From the NCBI GenBank assembly GCA_965200315.1, contig OZ241362.1, positions 2,144,001 to 2,208,000 of the forward strand: a stretch of DNA of 64,000 bases. Reading direction: 5' to 3'. A program made the translations under genes and the position numbers. This DNA comes from Candidatus Latescibacterota bacterium (lineage in GTDB: Bacteria; Latescibacterota; UBA2968; UBA8231). The number at the start of each line of letters is the position of its first letter. Position 1 is the first letter of the stretch. Shown piece by piece: positions 38,290 through 48,746 of this stretch. The notes beneath the pieces were generated by a model, which was not told the DNA's origin, did not search any database, and saw only the letters and a list, made by a program, of their open reading frames with translations.

Positions 38290-40770
38290 TCAGTACGCGC
38301 TAGCGACGAGTTTGGCACTCGTCGTCTGTCCGCCTTCGGCATCTACTTCCACGCCGACGCGACACACGTACAGTCCCGGCGGTAGCAGTCGGCCCTGTTG
38401 GTCCCGCCCATCCCAAGTCAGCCGCTGAACCCCCGCGGCGGTCGCGACCGCCTGTTCAATGCGCTGTACCGACTGGCCGTCTAGGCCATAGACTTCCAGA
38501 ACCAACGCCTTGGCACCCTGCACTTGGAACACCGGAAAGACCAATTCCACCACGTCATTGATCCCGTCCCCATTGGGCGTAAACGGATTTGACGACGCAG
38601 CCACCTCGCCTAAAGCGGCCTTGGTAAAGGGCGTGAACACGGTCAGGTGGCGGCCCGCGTCGACCCGCTGCCACACTTGGTCGGCCCCTTGTCCACGACC
38701 GACTTGCACCTCAAAGGCATTGCTAACCAAGTAGAGTTCGCCAGCAAAGCGCAGCGACACGACACCCGGCCCCTGCTCAACCGGCTTGGGCAACCTCACC
38801 CACAGCGAATCCGGGCCGGTCGGCAGCCGCTCGAACTGATCGCGTCCGTACTGCTCTTCACCCACGGCTCCGTCGACCAAGTCCATCTCCGCGCCCGGCG
38901 GCAGCTCCACCAGCACTTGGTCGAACCCGCTGTTCCCGTCTTGGAACGCGGGCCGCAAGCGCAAGGTAAACGTCTGAGGTTGCCCGCGCTGAGACGCTCT
39001 GTTGGGGGCGATCTCGCCGAGAATTTGGCTGGCGAGGGGCGCGTCTAGCGCAAGGCGCAGTGAGCTTAGCAGCACGGCCGCGTCTGGATCGTCCGAGCGC
39101 AGAATAGCCTCGATCATCACGTAGCGGCGCGGACTCGGCGAGGTGATGGGCGCACCCGAGGCCGAATAAGGCAGACTCCACGGGCTCCAATCCTCACCGG
39201 GAATGATGGTGATAGTCGAATCGCCGCGCTGGAAGCTGAGCAGTTTGCGGTACTTGGCCTCGGTCACTTCTTGGCCGGTGCTCGAAAAGTAGCGGATGTT
39301 CTGGCCGAGTTGGTTCCCGCTGCGGGTGCGGACGCGCACTTGGGTGCCGGGCGGCGCATCGGCCGTCCACTGCACGGATGACAGAACGCGGGCGGCGCGC
39401 CCCAATTCGATCGGCTCAGATGTGAGCGATACCTCGGGGAGAAAGCCGCGTCCGTATAGCTGTATCTCGCGGATGGCCGGGCGGGCCGACCCCCGGACCA
39501 AGGTGTAATTCATCCTGAAGTAACGCGCCTTAGTCAGCGAAAACACATTATCCTGAAAGAGAATATTGCGATGCGCGGTTCCTTCTCCACCCTCCAGACC
39601 GCGCGCCGTCAACGCGACATAGCTCAAGCTGCCGTCCGGTGCGCGGCTGCCATCGGAAAGCGCAATCGCGTAATTGGGAAACGCTCGGCTATATCTATCG
39701 CCAAAGACGATGGCGACGCGGTTGACCCAATACCAAGTTCCCAAGTCAAAATAGATATTGCGATGCGGATCCTGAAATACAACCGCCGGATCGTTGCCGC
39801 TAAAGCCCACTTCCACACTCCAAAAGGAGCCCCACTCGCCATCTACGGTTAGCTTTTCCGCGCCCAAGTTGCCGTAGCCGATAATCTCCCCGCCGCGGTC
39901 CAAGGCACCAAGGCTAATGTTGTCGCCCGCGGTCCACACCTCGACTTCGGTCAGCCGCGGCCGCTCCCGGCGATAGTATTCGACCGGGCCTTGCCATTCC
40001 GCCGCAATGGCCTCGTATGCCGCTCGGTCTATCGGTCGCAAAACGCCGCTCGACTCGCGGCGGAAGTAGAGCACATCGCCGCGATCTTCCTCCGGTAGAC
40101 TATTCCAGCGCACGGCACTGATTTGCTCGGCTTGCCCCAAATCGCTGGCCGTCGCCACCACCTGGAGAAACTGAATCAGACGACCGGTAAGCCCCGGGTC
40201 CACTTTGCGGGTAGGCTGCAACTCAAACTCATAGACGCGCTGCGATTTGTTTAACCCCTCGCTGTGGCCGGCGGGCAGGTAGCTGAAGGATTCGCTTTGT
40301 AGGAAGGCGGGATCGCCGTTGGCGGTGAGCACCTTGAACTGGAGGAATGGATCGCCTTGGCCTTCCGCGGCGAACTTCACCAACACCTTCTGAGCCCACA
40401 CCAGCCGCCCCAAGTCGATTTCGATCCACCACTTGTCGAGTGGGTCCGCCAAGTCCGGTTCCCAGAAGGTATCCTCCCGGCCATCTAAGATATTGGCGGC
40501 CCCCGTTAGGCCGGTTCCAGCACTGCGGATGCCGCCCTGCGCCCCATCTCCATAGGTGAACGCGCTGGCGTCCAAGGCGGCGTTGACCTGATCGCGGACA
40601 AAGGCGGGCTGGACGCCTTCATCGCTGAAGTCCAAGCTGCCCGGCGGAAAGCCCCACTCCGGCCAGTGCTCCGGAGCGACGTTCAACTCCTTCGCGTCGA
40701 GTTGGTACGCTTGGCACCACACCGCCGATGCCGTCAGCAGGATTGTCCCTACAATCGCAACGCTTTTCAT
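38290..40770 (-). CDS. Secreted protein with discoidin-like domains and FTPNGDGIND/FlgD C-terminal domain (paralogue C2)
   Basis: Signal peptide; DG..DTFWEP..WIEIDLG; RTRSG...WSPWS.PY...SPSPRRY; NPFTPNGDGIND...WDGRD...PGLY...ASAY. Confidence 0.8.
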   Translation of the reverse strand: MKSVAIVGTILLTASAVWCQAYQLDAKELNVAPEHWPEWGFPPGSLDFSDEGVQPAFVRDQVNAALDASAFTYGDGAQGGIRSAGTGLTGAANILDGREDTFWEPDLADPLDKWWIEIDLGRLVWAQKVLVKFAAEGQGDPFLQFKVLTANGDPAFLQSESFSYLPAGHSEGLNKSQRVYEFELQPTRKVDPGLTGRLIQFLQVVATASDLGQAEQISAVRWNSLPEEDRGDVLYFRRESSGVLRPIDRAAYEAIAAEWQGPVEYYRRERPRLTEVEVWTAGDNISLGALDRGGEIIGYGNLGAEKLTVDGEWGSFWSVEVGFSGNDPAVVFQDPHRNIYFDLGTWYWVNRVAIVFGDRYSRAFPNYAIALSDGSRAPDGSLSYVALTARGLEGGEGTAHRNILFQDNVFSLTKARYFRMNYTLVRGSARPAIREIQLYGRGFLPEVSLTSEPIELGRAARVLSSVQWTADAPPGTQVRVRTRSGNQLGQNIRYFSSTGQEVTEAKYRKLLSFQRGDSTITIIPGEDWSPWSLPYSASGAPITSPSPRRYVMIEAILRSDDPDAAVLLSSLRLALDAPLASQILGEIAPNRASQRGQPQTFTLRLRPAFQDGNSGFDQVLVELPPGAEMDLVDGAVGEEQYGRDQFERLPTGPDSLWVRLPKPVEQGPGVVSLRFAGELYLVSNAFEVQVGRGQGADQVWQRVDAGRHLTVFTPFTKAALGEVAASSNPFTPNGDGINDVVELVFPVFQVQGAKALVLEVYGLDGQSVQRIEQAVATAAGVQRLTWDGRDQQGRLLPPGLYVCRVGVEVDAEGGQTTSAKLVASAY

Positions 40771-40865
40771 GCAGCACCTAATGGGAATCAGTGGTCAGTG
40801 ATTCAGTGGTTGGTTTCCCTAGCACCACTTCCGGGGGGCGGGTCGTGCCTGACCACTAACCACTA

Positions 40866-41987
40866 TTAATGTGGATCGCCCACGCGCCAGCGGTGCTTTT
40901 CCACCCCATCCATGTCAAGCTCTATCCCAAAACCCGGGCCTTCCGGCAGCACAATGCAACTATCCTCCACTCGCAGCGGCTCGGTGATAATCTCGTCCCG
41001 CCACGCAATGCCGGTGACGAACTCCATGGGGGCCACATTCGGTATGGAGGCCATCAAATGCGCAGCTGCGATGATGCCGACCGGGCCTTTGGTGTTGTGC
41101 GGCGATATGGGAACGTGAAAGGTATCGGCAATGGCCGCGATTTTGCGCACCTCGGTGATCCCACCGGCGTACATCAGGTCGGGTTGTGCTACATCAATGC
41201 CATCTAGGTCCAACAATTGGCGGTAGTGGCTCTTGGTATTGAGCCGCTCGCTGCCCATGACCGGAATGGAGATTTCCCGCCGCACTTTTGGATAGGCATT
41301 CAGATCGTCCGGCGGCACGGGGTCTTCAAACACGTATAGATCGTACGACTCTATGGCGCGGGCCAAGCGGATGCACTGGGCCACCGTGAAGCGGCCGTGG
41401 CAATCGATCAACAGCTTGGCATCCGGCCCCACCACTTCTCGCACTGCGGCGAAGTGCTCTGCCGTCTCTGTCGGATGGCCGTCGTCCGCGTACTGACCAA
41501 AGTCGTGCCCGCGCCGCGACCGCGCTCCGCCCTTGAGCGCAGTGTACCCCTCTGCTACCTTTCCCCGCGCCATGTTCGCCGAATCCTCGGGCGTGGCACC
41601 GCCAAAGTGCGTATAGACCTCGACTCGGTCGCGGAACTTGCCGCCCAACAGTTCGACCACCGGCAGGTTCGCCACCTTGCCCTTGATGTCCCACAGCGCT
41701 TGGTCAATGCCGCTCATGGCGCTCATCCACACGGGACCCGCCATGCGCCAGATGCCGCTCAGCGAGGAGCGCAGATAGAGCTTGTGCCACAAGTACTCGA
41801 TGCGCGCCGGATCTTCGCCGATCAACTCCTGTTTGAGATGCTCGACCGCAGCTACGACCACCGGCTCCTTTTGGGAATACGTGGCCTCTCCCAAGCCCAC
41901 GAGGCCCTCGTCGGTAAAGACCCGCACAATCGTCCATTTGCGGCCCGGCGAGTCGATTAGAATGGTATCAATATCGCGTATTTTCAT
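40866..41987 (-). CDS. Mandelate racemase/galactonate dehydratase-like enolase superfamily enzyme
   Basis: GLGE, SGIDQALWDIKGK, LLGG, DCHG, FEDP, SER, QPD..GGITE..KIA, PHN, PGFGIELD. Confidence 0.9.
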   Translation of the reverse strand: MKIRDIDTILIDSPGRKWTIVRVFTDEGLVGLGEATYSQKEPVVVAAVEHLKQELIGEDPARIEYLWHKLYLRSSLSGIWRMAGPVWMSAMSGIDQALWDIKGKVANLPVVELLGGKFRDRVEVYTHFGGATPEDSANMARGKVAEGYTALKGGARSRRGHDFGQYADDGHPTETAEHFAAVREVVGPDAKLLIDCHGRFTVAQCIRLARAIESYDLYVFEDPVPPDDLNAYPKVRREISIPVMGSERLNTKSHYRQLLDLDGIDVAQPDLMYAGGITEVRKIAAIADTFHVPISPHNTKGPVGIIAAAHLMASIPNVAPMEFVTGIAWRDEIITEPLRVEDSCIVLPEGPGFGIELDMDGVEKHRWRVGDPH

Positions 41988-42196
41988 CGGTTCCCCATTT
42001 TTTTGCAAGATAGGCCAGCATGAAAACTCAATATATTAGTCTCATGGATTTACTCAAGGCGTTTCTCGACTCACAAGCCTGTATTGACCATTTTGTCAAG
42101 CTGTAGTGGCCAGACGGCATAGCCTGCCCGGATTGCGAATTAGAGAAGATTTATATCTGTAAGCGGTGTTTTTGTTGTGGGGATTGCAAGAACAAC

Positions 42197-43270
42197 TCAG
42201 CGACGCAGACGACCGTTTTCAAGCAAACAGTCGAACACTTCTTGCGCCACAGTGCTAGCTACTTCTTGGTAAAAATCATCGAGAACAGGTGCCTTGTCCA
42301 TCTCAAAAGCCGTATTGACGGCGTGCCACTTATTCAACACCTCTTTGTCCTCAGACACATCCTTCATCACCAACAGCGCGGCGGTGCTTAGCTTGAATTG
42401 TTGCTGGTTGCGATCCTTGCCGACTGAGTACGAGTTTGCCACGTAATCCAAGGTATAGCGAGCGTCCTCAATAGATGCGATATCCGTAGTCCAATAGACG
42501 CGCCTGAACCGTTTGAGCTCGTCCAAGAGGGCCGGTCGAATGGACTCATGCAGTGCAAGGAGCTTTTCCTTTTGTATATCCTCCTGACGCGAAGAGGTCT
42601 TAAATATCTTGGAAAAGGTCCTGTCGTCTATAAATACAAAGTGGCCCAATATGCGACCTTTGTGTCCTTGCTTGATAATTTTACTGGCCTGTAAGTCCCC
42701 ACTATTGCTCGTCTTCACCAACACCTTAAAGGTTCCAGTCGGGGCGTTTACCGCGCCATCATCCGCTACCGGCTCTTCCGCCACCGGCGATCCGACGAAT
42801 GGAACTAGCAGTGCCGCGGTATAATCCAAGGCTTGGAACTTGAGCAGCTTGCTTTTGCCCGCCGCTTGCGCGATCAGCGGTTCCAACCCAACACTCTCTT
42901 CTTTCTTCAACAGGTCGCCGGCCATATCCACGACCCGCACCAAATACGCCTTGGCTTCGCGCTCGGAAAAATGCTCCCCGTGCAGCGCAAAAAGTTGTTC
43001 GCCGAGGGCCGTGGATTTCTTGCAATGAGTCTTTAAGTCCCGCAATAATGAGACCAAAGAATCCCGGCTCACAGCAGCCGACAATCCAGACGCGGTACTA
43101 ACATCCGCGACGAACTCGTCCAACGTTCCCTTGTCGTCTCGCTCCATGCGGTCGCGCAACTGATCCAAAGCCACGAGCACAAAACTCGTCTCCTGTGCAG
43201 AAGCGGCCAAAATACTCGATGCCATGGAGAAAAAGACGCAAATAGCAAGGCGACACCATGTGTTATTCAT
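42197..43270 (-). CDS. Hypothetical exported protein
   Basis: 357-aa ORF with a signal-peptide-like N-terminus and RBS AGAGGA, 16 nt after the upstream stop; no recognised motif. Confidence 0.65.
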   Translation of the reverse strand: MNNTWCRLAICVFFSMASSILAASAQETSFVLVALDQLRDRMERDDKGTLDEFVADVSTASGLSAAVSRDSLVSLLRDLKTHCKKSTALGEQLFALHGEHFSEREAKAYLVRVVDMAGDLLKKEESVGLEPLIAQAAGKSKLLKFQALDYTAALLVPFVGSPVAEEPVADDGAVNAPTGTFKVLVKTSNSGDLQASKIIKQGHKGRILGHFVFIDDRTFSKIFKTSSRQEDIQKEKLLALHESIRPALLDELKRFRRVYWTTDIASIEDARYTLDYVANSYSVGKDRNQQQFKLSTAALLVMKDVSEDKEVLNKWHAVNTAFEMDKAPVLDDFYQEVASTVAQEVFDCLLENGRLRR

Positions 43271-43285
43271 CTATATATCCTCTTG

Positions 43286-45271
43286 TCAAATCTGCGTCAG
43301 AAAACTGCCCACATGCCCGGTAATGTAATCGGCCACCAGCCACGCGCCGGCCGCGGCCACTTCCCCGAGGATCAGCCCTAAAAAAAACGGACGCAGGCTC
43401 CGATATAGCCGCGGCCCCCCATACTTGAGGATCACTAGCTTGAGCAGCCAAGCTATGAGCGCACTGGCAAAAATGTGGCCGGTCTTCCAGTTCGCGCTGA
43501 TGGCGTAGCCGAGCGGATTGAGAGGCCACCACAACCAATGGTGCCGCACCCACATCAGCACGGCCATCACCCCGCCGCCAATCGCCATAAAAGACCAAGC
43601 GTCGAGTCTTGGGCCGGTCAATTCCGCCGCAATGCGCGGAGCCATGTCCTTGGGGCCGTACGTAGCGGCTCCCCAACCAAAAAACAGGCCGTTGAGATTG
43701 ATGCCGCCGTATTTGTACGCCAACGCCATGGTGACGTACGAAGAGCCGACCAAGCTGACCACAATGGCGATGATCACCGCCCAAAACAGCCGCCGCTTTC
43801 CGCCCTTGATTACCTCGCTCATCTTCAGGCCATTGGCGACCGACGACATGACAAACGAGCGGATCTCCGAGTGCCAGCCATAGGAAAATCCCAAGGCCAC
43901 CAAGCCAGAAGCCCCCAAGCTCGAAGCCCCGGCACCGGAAATCACAAAGGTCGAGGTCATAATGGGGGGGCGCATCGCCGGAATGCCTCCTTCGGCGACC
44001 ACTCGTGTCAGCCCCAAAAACAGCACCATGGCCCCAAAGATAAACAGCGCCACGCCCAACGGCGGCAACCCAGCCATCCACAGCCCCAACCCCACCAAAC
44101 CGAGCGACGCCAACAAGCCGAAGGTAGCCTGCCGGTACGACATAATTTCGTCGGCATCTTCTACATCTAAGTCGCCGTACCACGCTTTGCGCCACACGGC
44201 CTGCAAGTGCCCGCGCGACACCCACAGCCCGATCAGCACGAAAACGATCATCGCCCCCATGCCTTGGTGGGCTATGTACGGCTCCCGCGAGTACAGATCC
44301 ATCCGCTCTGTGCTTTGCAGGCCGAGGACGTTGAAGACGCCCCGTTGCACTGTGGTGAGGATGTAGAATACCCAGATGGACGCGGAAATATCCAAGTTGA
44401 CGAAGTAAAAGAAGCCAATCCAAGGCGGGCTAAACCACAAGTCCAAACGCACGGTATCGCGAAACAGGGGGAGCGACGCGGTCCGCGCAATCCCGGGCAC
44501 CTCCGGGAAATAGGCGTGCAATCCATTGACGCTGAGCAAGACAAATGCAAACGCAAACCCCAGCCACATCGCCTTATTGGTAAAAAACTCCCGCCCAATA
44601 GCGCGCCCTTGCTCGCGCTGAATCATTTCCATCGGCACCTGCACCAACGGATACGCCAGTTTCTCTCGATCTACCCATTGCTTGCGCAGGATGACCATCG
44701 TGCAAATCATCGCTGCGCTGAGCACCAAGAAGAACCCGTACCAATAGGTCAGCGGCAGCACCCACGCTGCCCAGGGAATGGTAGCCCCCTCGGGCAGCCC
44801 TTCAAAAAAGTAGCGCGCCACGTTTTCGCCGCGCGGAATCATCCACGTGGGGATGTACTGGTTGTATAAAAAGTCCCAGTTATTCTCCGGCGTCGCATAG
44901 TACGTAGAGCCGACCAGACAGGGAATGATAAATTGGGTAAACCCCATCCCGGGAATGCAGCAGGCGACCACCAGCATAATGTAGATGGTAATCAGTTCGG
45001 ATTGGGTCAGGGCCAAAGAGCGGCGCAGGCAGTACACGAGGCCGCTGGCAGGTACTAAAAAAAAGAAGAAGAATAAGGCGGCCGGCGTACTAAAATTTAA
45101 GGTCAGGTACGAGCCGCGAATGATGGTCGTGGCGTACGCGTCTAAACCATTGAGCAGCAAGGCAAGCACCGCGCCGAGCAGGATGCCCCGCACGGGGATG
45201 CCGGCGACATCCTGCTGTCCTTCCTCCTCTTTCACCCACTCGAGGTATGCTGGAGGAATTTGTTTTTTCAA
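43286..45271 (-). CDS. DUF6785/DUF6784-like polytopic membrane protein (OPT-like transporter candidate)
   Basis: About 15 TM segments; LRKQWVDREKLAYPL, RVVAEGG, WWPLNPLGY, KLVILKYGG..LYR..RPFFLGLILGE. Confidence 0.75.
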   Translation of the reverse strand: MKKQIPPAYLEWVKEEEGQQDVAGIPVRGILLGAVLALLLNGLDAYATTIIRGSYLTLNFSTPAALFFFFFLVPASGLVYCLRRSLALTQSELITIYIMLVVACCIPGMGFTQFIIPCLVGSTYYATPENNWDFLYNQYIPTWMIPRGENVARYFFEGLPEGATIPWAAWVLPLTYWYGFFLVLSAAMICTMVILRKQWVDREKLAYPLVQVPMEMIQREQGRAIGREFFTNKAMWLGFAFAFVLLSVNGLHAYFPEVPGIARTASLPLFRDTVRLDLWFSPPWIGFFYFVNLDISASIWVFYILTTVQRGVFNVLGLQSTERMDLYSREPYIAHQGMGAMIVFVLIGLWVSRGHLQAVWRKAWYGDLDVEDADEIMSYRQATFGLLASLGLVGLGLWMAGLPPLGVALFIFGAMVLFLGLTRVVAEGGIPAMRPPIMTSTFVISGAGASSLGASGLVALGFSYGWHSEIRSFVMSSVANGLKMSEVIKGGKRRLFWAVIIAIVVSLVGSSYVTMALAYKYGGINLNGLFFGWGAATYGPKDMAPRIAAELTGPRLDAWSFMAIGGGVMAVLMWVRHHWLWWPLNPLGYAISANWKTGHIFASALIAWLLKLVILKYGGPRLYRSLRPFFLGLILGEVAAAGAWLVADYITGHVGSFLTQI

Positions 45272-45314
45272 GGCCGTTTACCTCGATCATGGTTCAAATC
45301 AGTACCGATTCCTC

Positions 45315-45430
45315 CAGTAGGGACAGACACATACAGTAGGGACAGACACATAGGTCTGTCCCTACGAATATGTCGCCGTTTCCGTGTGAATGATTTATGT
45401 CTTCGTAGGGGCGAACCGATGTGTTCGCCC
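45315..45430. repeat. GTAG-type REP hairpins with a 19-bp tandem duplication
   Basis: CAGTAGGGACAGACACATA x2 then GGTCTGTCCCTAC; GTAGGGGCGAAC..GTTCGCCC at 45405-45430; similar unit at 60631. Confidence 0.7.
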
Positions 45431-45502
45431 TTTTATCCGTTCTTCTTAGATGAGTACGCCAGCTAAACAATAGGCCACCGATGTGACTTCGAGCCGTGCA
45501 AA

Positions 45503-48022
45503 TCAGTACGCGCTAGCCACGAGTTTGGTGATCGTCGTTTGCTCGCCTTCGGCATCGACCTCCACGCCGACTCGGCACAGATACAGGCCCGGCCGCGTCA
45601 GGCGGCCCAGATCGTCTCGCCCGTCCCATGTCAAACGCTGCACTCCGGCGGCATGCGCCACCACCGGAGCCATTTGCCGCACGCGCTGGCCGTCTAAGCC
45701 ATACACCTCTAGCACCAACTCCTTGGTACCCTGCACAGCGAACACCGGAAACACCAATTCCACCACGTCGTTGATCCCGTCCCCATTGGGCGTAAACGGA
45801 TTGGATGACGCGATCACCTCGCCCAACAGCCCGCCGCTAAACGGGGTCAACACCTGCAAACTGCGGCCGGCACCGGCATCCACCCGCTGCCATACCCGCT
45901 CATCGCCTTCGCCCAACCCCACCTGCACGGCAAACGCATTGCTGGCGAGGTAGAGCACACCGGAAAATTGCAGCGCCACGAACCCCTCTCCCTCCGCCAC
46001 GGGCGCGGGTAGCTGCACCCACAGCGAATCGGTCCCGGCCTTTACCCGCGTGACTTCTTCTGGCCCGTAGCGCACCCGCTCCGCACCCACAACCACTTCC
46101 TCCAGATCGACCGCCGCCCCTGACGGCAACACCACTAGTACCTGGTCGAAGCCGCGATTGTCGGCTCGGAACTGCGGCTGCAAAGACAGCGTGAAAGTCG
46201 TGCGCTCCCCGCGCTGCTGAGTCTGACGCGGCTGCACTTCGCCTATAACTTGGCTAGCCAAAGGCCAATCCAACGCAATGTGCATCCGGCGCAACAACAC
46301 CCCGTGGCCGGGGTCGTCCGAGCGCAGCGTGGCCTCCACTATGGAGTAGCGGCGCGGGCTTGGCGAGGTAATCGGCGCGCCCGTGGCCGTGTAGTACGGA
46401 CTCCAAGAGCTCCAGTCGGCACCGGGAACCACCGAGATAGTCGAATCGCCCCGCTGAAAGCTGAGCAACTTGCGATATCTGGCCTCGGTCACCTCTTTTC
46501 CGGCCTTGGTGAAGTAGTGGATTTCCTCGTCGAGCTGGTTGCCAGTGCGCGTACGAAATTGCACTTGGGTGCCCGGAGGGGCGTCGGCCGCCCAGTGAAT
46601 GGAAGACAGGATGCGGGGATCACTGCCCAGTTCCATAGGTGCCGATTGAAGCGTCACCTGCGGCAGGAAACCGCGACCGTAGAGCTGGAGCTCGCGAATG
46701 CCGGAGTTGGCCCAATTCGGGACGATGAGCACGCGGTAATCCATCTTGAAGTAGCGCGCTCTAGTGAGCGGAAAGGCATTGTCCTGATAAAAAATGTGGG
46801 GGAACAGCCCACTGAAGCGGCCCGGCTCTATGTCGGCGGTTTCTCGCATGGCCAGCGCAACGTAAGCCAAGCTGCCGTCCGGGTTGCGCTGGCCATTCGA
46901 GAGGTTGATGGCGTAATTGGGAAACGCGCCGGTAAAGCCGTGAGCGATGTTTTCGCGGTCAAAGCCGATGACCACTCGGCTGATCCAGAACCAAGTCCCC
47001 AAGTCGAAGAGGAGCTCGCGGTCGAACTCCACGTCGATGTGCTCGACGCCGCTGACGCCCACTTGCTCGGTCCACACGGTCTTGTAGTCGCCGTCAATGG
47101 CCAAGCGCTCCGTCCCGGTGTTGCTCGTGCCCCCGATCAACCCACCCCGGCTCAGCGAGCCCAAGCTGATATTGTCGCCCTCGGTCCACACCTCCACCTC
47201 GGCCAGCCGCGGCCGCTCCCGTCGATAGTACTTTATCGGGCCAGCGCGTGACTCGCTCAGTGCTGAGTGCTGGTCTTGGTCAATCGGCCGCAAAACGCCC
47301 GAGGACTCGCGCAAGAAATAGAGCACATCGCCGCGTTCTTCCTCTGGCAAGCTGTTCCAGCGGCTCTCGCTGACTTCGTGCCCTTGGCCGCGCGCACTAG
47401 CCGTGGCCACGATCTGGACGAACTGGAACATGTCGCCGACAAAGCCCGCGTCCGCTTCCTGTGCAGGCTTCAGATCAAACTCAAAGACGCGCTGAGTCTT
47501 GTTCAAGCCCTCGCTGCGGCCGGCCTGCGTGAAGCGGATCGCCTTGCTCTGGGAGAAAGCCGGGAGGCCGTTGGACGTGAGCACCTTGAACTGCAAGAAA
47601 GGGTCGCCCATGCCTTCCGGTGCGAATTTCACCACGATCTTGCGCGCCCACACCAAACGGCCCAAGTCGATCTCGACCCACCAATCGCGTAGGGGCGCTT
47701 CTACATCCGGCTCCCAGAAGGTATCCTCTTGGCCGTCTATGACATTCGCGGCCTCAGCTAAGCTAGTGCCCGCCGACCGGACCCCACCCTGTACGCCTTC
47801 TCCGGACACAAAATTCGGAGCGTCTAGCACGGCGTTGATTTGCTCGCGGATGCGGTGCGGTCGCACCCCTTCTGGGCCCAATTGCACCGTACCTGCGGCT
47901 ATCTCCCATTCCGCCCAGTCGCCCTCGTCAACGGCAACCCGGTCCAATTCGAGGCGGAATCCCTCGGGCCACGCCGCCGCCGCGATCAGCAGGGCGCAGG
48001 CAATGAGCCACAACCGAGTCAC
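45503..48022 (-). CDS. Secreted FTPNGDGIND/FlgD-CTD protein (paralogue C1)
   Basis: Colinear with 38290..40770; GTG start overlaps the upstream TGA; signal peptide. Confidence 0.8.
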   Translation of the reverse strand: MTRLWLIACALLIAAAAWPEGFRLELDRVAVDEGDWAEWEIAAGTVQLGPEGVRPHRIREQINAVLDAPNFVSGEGVQGGVRSAGTSLAEAANVIDGQEDTFWEPDVEAPLRDWWVEIDLGRLVWARKIVVKFAPEGMGDPFLQFKVLTSNGLPAFSQSKAIRFTQAGRSEGLNKTQRVFEFDLKPAQEADAGFVGDMFQFVQIVATASARGQGHEVSESRWNSLPEEERGDVLYFLRESSGVLRPIDQDQHSALSESRAGPIKYYRRERPRLAEVEVWTEGDNISLGSLSRGGLIGGTSNTGTERLAIDGDYKTVWTEQVGVSGVEHIDVEFDRELLFDLGTWFWISRVVIGFDRENIAHGFTGAFPNYAINLSNGQRNPDGSLAYVALAMRETADIEPGRFSGLFPHIFYQDNAFPLTRARYFKMDYRVLIVPNWANSGIRELQLYGRGFLPQVTLQSAPMELGSDPRILSSIHWAADAPPGTQVQFRTRTGNQLDEEIHYFTKAGKEVTEARYRKLLSFQRGDSTISVVPGADWSSWSPYYTATGAPITSPSPRRYSIVEATLRSDDPGHGVLLRRMHIALDWPLASQVIGEVQPRQTQQRGERTTFTLSLQPQFRADNRGFDQVLVVLPSGAAVDLEEVVVGAERVRYGPEEVTRVKAGTDSLWVQLPAPVAEGEGFVALQFSGVLYLASNAFAVQVGLGEGDERVWQRVDAGAGRSLQVLTPFSGGLLGEVIASSNPFTPNGDGINDVVELVFPVFAVQGTKELVLEVYGLDGQRVRQMAPVVAHAAGVQRLTWDGRDDLGRLTRPGLYLCRVGVEVDAEGEQTTITKLVASAY

Positions 48023-48732
48023 GCGACCCTTTCCTCCCCCACCTGCTGACACGCCGCGATGAATTCCTCGGCCGTGGTGGTATAACCGATCAGATGTTCA
48101 AAGTTGCGCAGCGTGATCCGGTTGATCCAACCGCCTTCCGGCAGGCTGTCGTCTAGCGTGTCGGGCATCTCGATCGTACCGGGAGCGTTTGAACAATCGC
48201 GCAACAGAATGACGCGATAATTCCTCCCCACGGCTTCGGCGCAGGTGTAGTGCAAGCAGGCCCGCCGGCTGTAGCCAACCACGAACAGCGTCTTAATCCC
48301 ATAGCTACGCAAGTGCTGGTCCAAAAAGGTGTCGTGGAAGCCGCTCCAGATCCACTTGGGGAAATTGCGCTCGCCCTCGCGGGGCGCCACGCAGTCGAGG
48401 TATTCGGGTTTGTATTCCTGTCGCGCCCAGTTTGCAATGCCGTTGTCGCTGTCGCCGCCCTTGGTCTTGCCCCAGATCTCGCCCACGATGTTGCCGGGGT
48501 CGGCCACTAGGCGCAGGTCGTTGTGGACGTAGTTTACCAGCATCCCGCCGGCGCGGGCGGCTTGCAAAGCCGGCGCGATAAAGTCCTTGGTCGTTGGATT
48601 GGGCGAGCACCCATCGACATCCACTAAGAGAAAGGCGCACTCGGCGAACTTCAGGGCTAGGGTCTCGTACCCATAGTCGTATCCGCCGGGATAATCCTTG
48701 TAATAGCGAATGGGGATTTGAATGTTGGCCAT
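48019..48732 (-). CDS. Isochorismatase-family cysteine hydrolase
   Basis: AFLLVD, K..WSGF.DT.LD..LR..GI.TL.V.G....C..YT; RBS AAGGAGG. Confidence 0.85.
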   Translation of the reverse strand: MANIQIPIRYYKDYPGGYDYGYETLALKFAECAFLLVDVDGCSPNPTTKDFIAPALQAARAGGMLVNYVHNDLRLVADPGNIVGEIWGKTKGGDSDNGIANWARQEYKPEYLDCVAPREGERNFPKWIWSGFHDTFLDQHLRSYGIKTLFVVGYSRRACLHYTCAEAVGRNYRVILLRDCSNAPGTIEMPDTLDDSLPEGGWINRITLRNFEHLIGYTTTAEEFIAACQQVGEERVA

Positions 48733-48746
48733 AGGGGCCTCCTTTT

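Noticed and set aside
40788-40866. CAGTGGT/ACCACT short repeats (also CGCAGAT repeats near 23990-24040)
   Set aside because: Short degenerate intergenic repeats with no associated gene; too weak to call a feature.
38290-48022. Diversity-generating retroelement TR/VR pair
   Set aside because: The similar stretches are within two full-length paralogues, differences are not adenine-specific, and no RT is present.
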